64,000 nucleotides of DNA, taken from Tetramitus jugosus (taxonomy: Eukaryota > Protista > Heterolobosea). Below the pieces are notes generated by a model. That model had not been told where the DNA came from and made no database searches. It worked only from the letters and a program-made list of their open reading frames with translations. The stretch covers positions 186,001 through 250,000 of the forward strand of contig OW569355.1 of NCBI GenBank assembly GCA_937625935.1, written 5' to 3'. The position numbers and the translations under genes were made by a program. This document shows, piece by piece, positions 22,166 through 31,394 of the stretch. Position 1 is the first letter of the stretch, and every line of letters begins with the position of its first letter.

Positions 22166-25100
22166 GTATCGCAGTAATGTGGTACAACATTCGGGGCATA
22201 AGGAGAAAGCGCAATGACATCATTGCTTTACTCCAATCTTGCCCCGAAGTCGACGTTCTAATGCTACAGGAAACTGAGTGTTCGAACGCATCAATTATCG
22301 AGTCCTTCAGGAGGCAACTTGAGATGAATGGATGTCTTCTGGTGAACAATAAGCCCGAGGACAGGGTTTTGTCCATCATCAAAATTGAAAGAGTGAAGGA
22401 GCATAGAGTTTTGCACAATGACGAAAGAACACAGGTAATTCAAATCGCTTGTAATGAATTAGGGATCATCTTGGTGAACCACTATGGTCCTCACAAAGGC
22501 ACTGAAGGAGATGTCCATTACAAGAATCGGATTGAAGTTCTTAGAGGAGTGGAATGCCAAGGAAAGTTTGTATTAGGAGGAGACCACAACACGGTTACAA
22601 CACCAGTGGACAGAAGCTCAAGAAGGATGGATCCTAATAGTAGTCATTTTAGGACACTTCTGGAAAGCCTACAACTTAAAAGTGTAAATGAAGTACCGGG
22701 TACTCCACACTTCCACACTTTCTTCAGAGGGAGATACTCGTCCAGAATCGACTCTGTGTGGTGTAACAGTGCGGCTGTCAATACTGTTCAAAGCGTGGAA
22801 AGTATGTTGAACAATGGTGTGAGCAGTGACCATATACCTACTATGGTACGATTCAAATGGTTGATTACTGGCCCTAGATCTGAGGAGCAACATGAGAGAA
22901 AGTATAGGTTCCCAAAGAAGGATGACCCTCTGTGGACGAAATTCGCCCAGGATTTGGTGGATCAACTTGATACCAGTGTACTTAGTGTAATGGAAGTGGA
23001 AGAAATGAACGATCTGATCACTAACAGACTGGTAAAAGGAGCAGAGGTGTTTGCTGTCAACAAACCAAAGAAGATTGGGACGGACAACAGAAAAATCAGA
23101 AGATGGTTGAGGGATCGCCAAACAATTCTGGAGGCCTTATGTGGTAGGGGAGTTTGTCACAAGAGAGTAAAGGTAGTATGCTCACACTACTTGCCAAGTG
23201 GCTCGTGTCATATGGTGAAAGATGCACTGACTGTTGTCGACCAACTGATTCACAAGGAGAGAGCGAGGAGATCGAGTATACGCTTCTCTAAGTGGAGCTA
23301 CAAGGCTAGGACAAGTGAATACAAGGACCCGAGGTTTTTCTTCAATGCTGCTACGGCAAAGAAGTCTCAAAGACTACGGTTCTCTTCTTTCAAAAGGGAG
23401 TATGGTTTGGTAACCGATCCTGCCGCCGTAGCGGAGCATGCAGCCAATTACTTTGAGCAAGTGTTCGAGCACGCTGATGCCGACATGTCATTTCTCAAGG
23501 ACCTCGCTTTTGAGAAAAGGGATATGGGTTCCTGTTTCAGCAGCATTGAGGTAAGTGAGGTTAACAATGCCCTTAAGTGGCTTAGAAATGGGAAGGCACC
23601 AGGACCCGATGGGGTTTGAGATGATTAAGTTATTCAAAACCCGCAAGAGAGACTTCAGGTACGAATTGGCTGAGGTATTGGCGGTCTTATTTAACAGAAT
23701 CGTGGATACAGGAAAGTTCCCTACAAGATGGAAGCAATGTGCAATTGTACCTGCTTATAAAAAGGGCAGCACATCCGAGATTGGTAACTTCAGGCCTATA
23801 TGCCTGTTGAGTGGCATCTCTAAGGTGTTCACTCGTCTGATAAACGCCAAGGTGTCGAAAGCGGCGGAGAGCTTCCATGTATTTAGCAACACACAGGGAG
23901 GGGGCCGGAAAATGAGAGACATCCGTGAAAAGCTATCCATAATTCGTGGGGTGATAGATCATGCGAATAGGAGTGATAGTCAGCTTTTGCTGCTCCTAAC
24001 TGATATCTCAAAAGCGTTTGATAGTGTCCCACACAATGCTGTGGTGGAGGCATACAAATTCTTTGGCTTTCCTGAGCATGTTGTTAGGTTGGTGGCAGAT
24101 ATGCTAGTTAACAACAATGCATCTATCCAGGTTGGAAACGGTTCGAGAAGTATCAAAATCGAACGAGGAACTAGACAAGGTGATGCCCTATCTCCGACTA
24201 CATATGTGTTGGTACACCAACTAGTCCTGATGTATACACGGAAGTGGGCGATCGGTTACAAGGCAATGTCCCAACAAATCTGGAATGTTGCTTATGTGGA
24301 TGATTGCAACATCTTCAGCAATACTCCACAAGATTTGGAAAGAGCCGCAAATGCAATGTTCAGAGTGCTGGAAAAACTGTGCATGAGTATGCACCCCGAT
24401 AAGTTGGAGTTGTTTGCCCGAAAGGACAGTGACAAGATATCAATTAGGGTTGCTGGCAAGGAAATTGCTTCGAAAGATCGCAAGTGCATCTTCCGTGCCT
24501 TGGGTCTGTTCACCAATTTGCATGGGGACTCTGATGCTCAAAAGAAACAGAGCAAACTGAAGGCCGCTCGAGTTCTCAACAGGTTGAAGGTGTTGAGACT
24601 GGGGCCAGCTCAGGTTGCTAGGATCGTGAACACTTGTATTCACCCAATTTTTCTCTATGCATCAGAGTTTACCAACTGGCCAAAAAGGTGGCTTAACGAG
24701 GTAAATGGCATGGGACGTAAAGCTGTGAAGTACGGATCAAGAGCATTGAAGAGGTACCCGTCTGTACTTCTCTATCGGTAGGGACAGTGGTGGAATTGGA
24801 CTGTGTGAGTTCAAGGAGTCCCTCACCACTAGAATTGCCGCTTTCATATTCGGCATGCTACAAGGGAAGAGAGATGCGGAAGCACGTACACTGTTGTTGG
24901 ACACGCTTGATGATGTCAAGCAAAATCACCTACTCACCCAATTGAGTATTTTCCAATCCTGCAACAGGCTGGATCAAGTTAAGAATACATACTTGGTTTG
25001 GTGTGCAAAGCTCCTACATGAATCCAACATCACCATCGGAGATGCTTCTCTGCACGAATGTCAAGGTTGCAATGTGGCTTTTCATCTCCCCTTAAGTGAA

Positions 25101-26038
25101 GCTAGAATTCTCAAGGCAAACGGAGTGCACAGAAACGAACAACTATATCACGAAGGCAGTATCATGTCTTATGAGAAGGCAAAGAGTTTCTACGGTCTAA
25201 AGGGCTTAGGACCCAGGAAGTACCGACATGTACAGTTCTATATGGAACTGTCGGGCACTCCGTGCACCCGAGTGAGTTCTCCAATGACCGAAAACATTAA
25301 CGAACTCTTCATTGATGGAGTCCGAACCGTGGATATCCATGCCAAGACACATCTGGCAAATTTCCACCAACGAAAAAGAGAAAAGGAGATCTTGAGTAAC
25401 AGTAAGTGGTGGCTTGATGGAGAACTCACGAAGTGGAATAAGTGGAATACTTTTCTGAAGTGTCCTTTTGGTCTCGACAGAAGAGACCTATGGTTTTATC
25501 ATCAGGTGAGGAGTGGCACCTTGCATACACTTTCAGTTATGCAGAGTTTATATGGAGGCACTCATGGCACGACGTGTCCTTGTTGTGGAGAGGATGATGA
25601 TACAATCACTCATCTTTTGGTTGAGTGTTCATTTGCACAAGAAGTAAGAAAGAGAATAGGTGTGTCCGTTGTTGATAAACTCAACAGATTAAGGTTGCCT
25701 AAAGATGGTTCGACAGTTACTTGTACTGTAATGGCAGCTTGATCAAAAGAAATGCTGCCATGACCTCACATGATATTTTGGCTGGTCTGATGGGGAAGGA
25801 GGGAGAGACAAGGGAGGATATCCTCAATGCTCTCATAAAGACAGGATGCAAAGAGAAGGTCGCAGAAAAAAGGGCTGCGAGTGTAGTTGACTGTACCAAG
25901 AGGGAGTGTGTTAAAGAGCTACACAAGTTGTTCATCACGTCTAAGGAGAGGTGGAGAGAAACGATGCTCTGCACCGTGCCGGTGCAGAGCAACACAACAA
26001 CTACTAGTCCTCATGGACTTGACAGGGTAAGGAAGTGA
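22162..26038 (+). pseudogene. LINE ORF2 (APE endonuclease, reverse transcriptase, CCHC finger) broken by three frameshifts
   Basis: APE motifs NIRG, LQET, GDHN, SRID, SDH; RT motifs KAPGPDG, FRPICLL, DISKAFDSV, GTRQGDALSP, YVDD; frame breaks at ~23615, ~24772 (2-bp loss versus A') and ~25707 (16-bp loss versus A'). Confidence 0.93.
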
Positions 26039-26155
26039 ACAAGCGCTCTGCACCGTGCCGGTGCAGAGCAGCATCACTCCCAGTAACAAGGTGAAATGAA
26101 TAAAGAGGCAACTCATGTTGTTTGGAAAAAAAATTTAAGCTAAATTACTTGGATA

Positions 26156-27424
26156 AAAAAATCCAAAAAAACGCCGATGAAAAAACGAACACACACCCCT
26201 GTTGTTCGTGAGTATGAGAATCCACGCTATGCTGTGTGGACCACAGCACCAAGAGGAACTGCGCCAAGCAGCAAGGAGGTCATCATCACTGGAAAGTGCG
26301 ATGACTCTCCCAAGGCTGCCTTGGCCAAGAAGATTGGCTTGGATTTTGGTGATTTGCTCACCAGGGTCCAAGTCATCAAGAAGGGCCCCAAGAGGTTTGT
26401 TGCGTGGGTAACTGTTGTTGATGACAACATTTACCCATTTGTTGAATCCTTCAACCGCAACAAGAAGATGGTTGCAAGGCAGCACTCTAGCACAACGTAG
26501 ATTGTGCCAAGAAGGTCGTCCTCCACGGTGTCAAAGGTAAGACGGAGGACGACATCAAGGCCATGCTTGGCACAACAAAGGTCAAGAACGTGCTCAAGAA
26601 GCACGACACCGCCTTTGTTGTGATGGAGTCCGAAACGTATGCCGAAGCTTTGCTTCGGAACGTTCAGTCCATGCCAGTGGAGGTGGAAGCAAAGCGCTTC
26701 CTTCCACGCCCAAGTGATCCTGTCAAGGCTGTCAGCAAGAGGCTGACCAAGATGTACCAAGAGCTACTGGCTGTGGTGGACGACCTGCGCCACCAAGTAA
26801 GTGTGTTAAAAGATATGGCTTCCGTCAACCGGATTCCCCTCGCATCCCCGTCTCCAAGGACGCGAATTCGCCTAGCGAATCTCCGAATTCGAACCTTCGA
26901 CTCCGTCTACGACCGATGACTGGGAGTCGATCATGCCGGAGTCCCATCCCACCACTCCAACTACGGTCACCCAAGAGCCAACCAACAACACCATTGATGA
27001 GGATGCTCGTAACAGAGCAATCCTCGAACTAGTACTGAACACCTCCGAGGTGTTCAAGAAAGTCAAGAAAGAGATTGCTGCCCGAGCAATCATGGTGGAC
27101 CGTGCAAGAAGCACAGGTTGGCCAGTATCAAATCAGGTGCTCTCCGTAGGTTTTATTAATTGGTTAGGATTATGGAGCCATCTGACCTCACCAGTGGTGC
27201 TCCAAATGGTAGTGGAGGCCCTCGCAACGAATCCCTGAAGAAAGGATCAAAACAACATTCCAAGAAGAGAATGAATCCTGTTGCGTAGGCCTGCCACTCC
27301 ACTGGGCAAGCACCACATCATGTTAGGCAATTGAGAGCAGGCAAGCCTGCTCTCACACAAAAGAAAAATAAAAGTTCCGCAACGTGGTGCGTGAGCACCA
27401 TTTGTTGTATTAAACAAAAAAAAA
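26156..27424 (+). mobile_element. Family B, copy B2 (decayed, oldest in the stack)
   Basis: Near-identical to B1; interrupted poly(A) ~27412-27427; TSD AAAT(T/A)ACTTGGATA at 26142-26155 and 27425-27438. Confidence 0.9.
26177..27288 (+). pseudogene. Disrupted ORF1-like gene of B2
   Basis: 4-bp loss at ~26470, small insertion at ~26863, and a ~136-bp deletion at ~27115 relative to B1. Confidence 0.88.
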
Positions 27425-27501
27425 AAATAACTTGGATATGTTGGGTTGCTGTTTGTGCTCTAAAATTTGTTAGGACTATTGTGGTCATTGATTCAATTGA
27501 T

Positions 27502-29148
27502 TTACTTAAGATATTTGTTTTGGTAGACTGTTGGGTCAATGTTTCTCATCTGGTAAAATTTCTCGACCTGAGCTGGAATTTCTTTCAAGGTTGCTCTTGC
27601 TAATTCTTCTGGTCCTCTTGATGAGAATTTACGATAAGGCACAAACTGTACAATGTCTCTCTTGGTTCTGAGCTCTCCATCATCACCATCCAACATTTCC
27701 ATGCTGTCAAAGTCAGAAGATCCTACACCAACAATAACAATGCTCAATGGAGTTTCAGAAGCCTCCTGAATTTGACGGATCGTGTCTTCCATGTCAGTGA
27801 TCTCTCCATCAGTCAAAATCAACAAAACATAGTACTTGAGGGACTCACCGATAGATGCTAGAGCTGGTTTCGTGTATCGGTCTATCACTGTTTTGATTGT
27901 AGGTGCAAAGTTAGTTGGCCCTGCCAAGGAGACAGTAGACACACAATGAGAGTAAGCTTGCATAATTCCTTCAATACCACGACATTCAACACATTTTGGA
28001 TTCAAGCTCAATGGGAAACAGTGACTAGTGCCACGACGTGGGATATCGGCACCAAAACAATATGAAGGGAAGCGTTGATCGCTGTCATAGGCAGACAAAA
28101 TGTTACCAATGGACCAAATTGCACTCTGATATTCATTCATTGCGGGATGAGGAGCAATAAAATGAAGAGAGTCACTATCCTTCGGATCTCCATTACTTCC
28201 TGTAAAATCAACACTCACAATCAAAGACAATTCACAGTGGCCGACTTGCAAATAGTCGAGGAAGTAGTATGAGCGAGCAATGTAGCAGCTAGACACAACA
28301 ATGTCACCACCATACTTTCCCTTGTCATCCACTAGCTTCAATGAAGCTGAAGAATCCTTAGTCATCATCAATAACTGATTGAGCGTAGTGTCCACTTGTC
28401 CAATGAGATCGTGGGCTGTCAATTGGTCCCAGTCCCAAACAATGATACGAATAGGCTGATCCAACACTTGATCAACAACAGTCGTGCCCTGTTGAGAGAA
28501 TTTGCTCATGTTAATTGAGGCCGAATCCCACGTCGGATTCAAATCCTTCTTCACAATTTTCGATTGGTACAACATGAGTGGTTGTGAAGTGTTGTCCGAT
28601 GACAGCAATTGAATCTGATAATAGGGATCAGATTTTGCAAAGAGACCAACATCTTTCTTTGCCAGTGATTTACCACGAATGGTTAATCTCAATTCATCTC
28701 TACTCAGCTGAGATTGCAGTGCAGTCATTGGTACTGCTCTGATACGAATTTGACCTTGAATGTTGCCTCTATTGCTAATCAAATCAAGCCCCATTCCCTT
28801 CTCCTGACCCTGACTCACAATCTTACCCAGTGTAGTGACACATTGTCCAATACAGTCATCATTGGTGCCATTGTCGTCATCATCGTCCACAACAATAAAC
28901 TTTAGTCTCTGTTCGACTTCAAAGATGTAGTCCATGTGGAAAGTGGTAGAGAATTTGGGATTGAGGTTGTCCTTGATTTTCTCAGTTTTGCCAAACAGAG
29001 TGTACGATGTGGACATGGAGGCATCACTAGCAGTGTACAAGAGAACTCTGGGATCAGATTTGGACAATAGATCCAAGTTTTTCAAATCAGAACACTCAAT
29101 GTAGAGTTCAACTTGGGCGCATGGTTGTGGCTGCTGGCGATTGTACAT
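27502..29148 (-). CDS. Copine (C2-C2-vWA)
   Basis: Two KSDP C2 domains; VDFTGSNG, YDSDQRFP..FGA, GPTNFAP, LLILTDG, RDIVQFVP. Confidence 0.95.
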   Translation of the reverse strand: MYNRQQPQPCAQVELYIECSDLKNLDLLSKSDPRVLLYTASDASMSTSYTLFGKTEKIKDNLNPKFSTTFHMDYIFEVEQRLKFIVVDDDDDNGTNDDCIGQCVTTLGKIVSQGQEKGMGLDLISNRGNIQGQIRIRAVPMTALQSQLSRDELRLTIRGKSLAKKDVGLFAKSDPYYQIQLLSSDNTSQPLMLYQSKIVKKDLNPTWDSASINMSKFSQQGTTVVDQVLDQPIRIIVWDWDQLTAHDLIGQVDTTLNQLLMMTKDSSASLKLVDDKGKYGGDIVVSSCYIARSYYFLDYLQVGHCELSLIVSVDFTGSNGDPKDSDSLHFIAPHPAMNEYQSAIWSIGNILSAYDSDQRFPSYCFGADIPRRGTSHCFPLSLNPKCVECRGIEGIMQAYSHCVSTVSLAGPTNFAPTIKTVIDRYTKPALASIGESLKYYVLLILTDGEITDMEDTIRQIQEASETPLSIVIVGVGSSDFDSMEMLDGDDGELRTKRDIVQFVPYRKFSSRGPEELARATLKEIPAQVEKFYQMRNIDPTVYQNKYLK

Positions 29149-29290
29149 GACAAGCTTTGTTTCGTGTTGTTTGTGATTTTTCTCGCGATTCTACATGAAC
29201 TTGTCGTCATGTCATCATTTACTAGAAAAAGTCAATTCAGTGTTTCCCCGCGTAAATTAGTTTCCAGACTACGGTAACCAGCAAAAAAAC

Positions 29291-30556
29291 ATGTCCAAGA
29301 TATCAAATGTTTCAGCTCAAAGGAAACGAGATCCAGCTCCCCGAACTATAAGGTTTAAAACTCATTTTACAAACACGATACATGACGTATTGAAGGAAAG
29401 AGGATACAAACAAACAGACAGTGAACTTGATTGGGATTTTCATTGGGCAGATGTTGGATGGATTCGTGAAGTTTTTGATCATGTTCATCTTGACGACCAC
29501 CAAAGAGTTAACCACTTCCGAAACCATTATGAATTAACAAGAAAGGATCTTCTTGTTAAAAACTTGAAACGTATGAAGAGGCAATTAGAAAAGGAAGACA
29601 AGAGGAGTGAAGCAAAGAAATTTGATTTTTGTCCCTCTTCCTTTATAGTTCCATCCGAATACAGCATGTTTGCAGAAGAATTCAAACGAAACCCTGGCGT
29701 ATACATCATGAAGCCTATCGGTAAAGCTCAAGGAAAAGGAATCTTCTTGTTCAACAAGTTGCACCAAATTAGTGATTGGAAAAACAATTTTAAATGGAAT
29801 AATGGTGATAATTCACAGCAAGCTGAGACATACATCGTTCAGCGATACGTCGATCGACCCTTTCTTGTAGGAGGCAAGAAGTTCGATCTTCGAATATATG
29901 TTCTGGTAACTAGTTTCATGCCTCTAACAGTGTATTTGAACAGGACTGGTTTTGCCAGATTCTCTCAATTCCGGTTTAACATGAATCCTGATGAAATTGA
30001 TAACAATTTTATTCATTTAACCAATGTAGCCATTCAAAAAACGACAACTGAATATGCAGAAAATGAGAGAGGATGTAAATGGGATCTGAGGCAGTTAAAG
30101 TTGTACATGTTAACTCTTTTTTCTCAGGAGGAAGTGGATTCTTGCTTCACCCTCATCGAAGAGTTAATTCTTCGATCGTTGTTTGCTGTACAGAAGGTGA
30201 TCATTCAAGACAAACATTGCTTCGAACTCTATGGATACGATATATTGATTGATGAAGATTTGAAACCATGGTTGTTGGAAGTAAATGCTTCTCCCTCTTT
30301 GACAGCTGATACCCAAGAGGATTATGATATGAAGAGCAAAATACTGAATGATATGCTCACTGTTATAGATATGGAGAAGAGATTGATGGGCAACGAAGTT
30401 CATATTGGAGGATTTGATCTCATATGTAAGACATCAAAGTACGAGAAGGCTATCCCGAGTGGTAGTCGAGCTCCTTCCTTGTTGGGCTCCTTCAACGATC
30501 GAGATAAAAACTTGAAAAAACTGTTGAAGAAGCCCTCTGTGAGTGCCAGAAAGTAG
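29291..30556 (+). CDS. TTLL9: Tubulin polyglutamylase, TTLL9-like
   Basis: VNHFRNHYELTRKDLL, IMKP..AQGKGI, KFDLRIY, HLTNVAIQK, FELYGYD, LEVNASPS. Confidence 0.88.
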   Translation: MSKISNVSAQRKRDPAPRTIRFKTHFTNTIHDVLKERGYKQTDSELDWDFHWADVGWIREVFDHVHLDDHQRVNHFRNHYELTRKDLLVKNLKRMKRQLEKEDKRSEAKKFDFCPSSFIVPSEYSMFAEEFKRNPGVYIMKPIGKAQGKGIFLFNKLHQISDWKNNFKWNNGDNSQQAETYIVQRYVDRPFLVGGKKFDLRIYVLVTSFMPLTVYLNRTGFARFSQFRFNMNPDEIDNNFIHLTNVAIQKTTTEYAENERGCKWDLRQLKLYMLTLFSQEEVDSCFTLIEELILRSLFAVQKVIIQDKHCFELYGYDILIDEDLKPWLLEVNASPSLTADTQEDYDMKSKILNDMLTVIDMEKRLMGNEVHIGGFDLICKTSKYEKAIPSGSRAPSLLGSFNDRDKNLKKLLKKPSVSARK

Positions 30557-30615
30557 ACTCGGTTCAATTCCCACCACGAACATCGAACTAATACAAACAA
30601 AATCAATCAGAAAAA

Positions 30616-31284
30616 ATGCGAAACTGCCGATTCTATGAACAAAGGTATCCAGGGCATGGGGACATCGTCAGGGTACGTGTTGACAGTATTCTTGACACAT
30701 TCGGTGCCTATGTTTCACTGTTGGAGTACGATTGTAAGGAGGGTCTGCTTCTGTTTCAAGATGTTGGCGGGAGAAGGAATCGTTATTCCTCACTCATCGG
30801 TCGACAAATACTTGTCCAAGTATTGAGAGTAGACTCGACAAAGGGTAAGATCAGCGTGGATCAATCTCAATTTCATTGATCGTGTTGGCATTGTTGACTT
30901 TTTGACTGACATGGTTTATTTCATGTAGGATACATTGACCTGTCCAGGAGAAGACTGGCACCAGAAGAGGTGAAAAAATGTGAAGAAAAGTTCAACAAAG
31001 CAAAAGTTGTTCACTCTATAATGTGTCATTTAGCTCAAGTAACAGATATTGATCTTGAATTATTGAACAGTACAATTAGTTGGCCATTGTATAGGATGTA
31101 TGGGCACGCTTTTGATGCGTTCAAGGCTGCCATCACTGATCCAGATCGAGTGTTTGAAACAATTGATTTTCCAAATGAGAACATCCAGAATCAATTGTTG
31201 GAAATCATTCAACATGAGGTGCTCCCAGACGGGAATGGATATCATCAAGAAAACCATACCCAAGGTAGACAGCTGAACACATGA
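30616..31284 (+). CDS. Truncated eIF2-alpha paralogue (S1 and helical domains only, no Ser51), two exons, 194 aa
   Basis: CRFYE..GAYVSLLEY; intron 30845-30928 joins VLRVDSTK-GYIDLSRRR; KCEEKFNKAKVVHSI, WPLY..YGHAFDAFK. Confidence 0.85.
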
Positions 31285-31394
31285 GATTAATCTCGTTGCC
31301 TCTCTTCTGTATGAGATTACATGGCAAGATTCTTGGAATAGATTTGCTGGAGGCTCTGAAGTTGATTGATACTTACAATTAAGAAAATGTACAT

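Larger units (their letters stand above)
21098..26133 (+). mobile_element. Non-LTR retrotransposon family A, full-length (ORF1 plus APE-RT ORF2), decayed
   Basis: ORF1, ORF2 and poly(A) 26126-26133; TSD TTT(G/A)AGCTAAAT at 19672-19683 versus 26134-26145. Confidence 0.95.

Noticed and set aside
23600-23625. Programmed frameshift between the APE and RT regions of ORF2
   Set aside because: It falls just after the conserved GPDG motif where residues appear to be missing, and the same copy has two indels proven by comparison with A'. Decay is more likely, though an intact copy is needed to be sure.
17823-27424. A'-B1 / A-B2 as a segmental tandem duplication, assembly artefact or single composite A+B element
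   Set aside because: Each of the four units has its own distinct TSD and poly(A) tail, and A' and A are clearly diverged, so they are separate insertions.
19691-27424. B1 and B2 as LTRs flanking element A
   Set aside because: They are poly(A)-tailed, separately TSD-flanked, lack TG..CA ends, PBS and PPT, and A is an APE-type non-LTR element.
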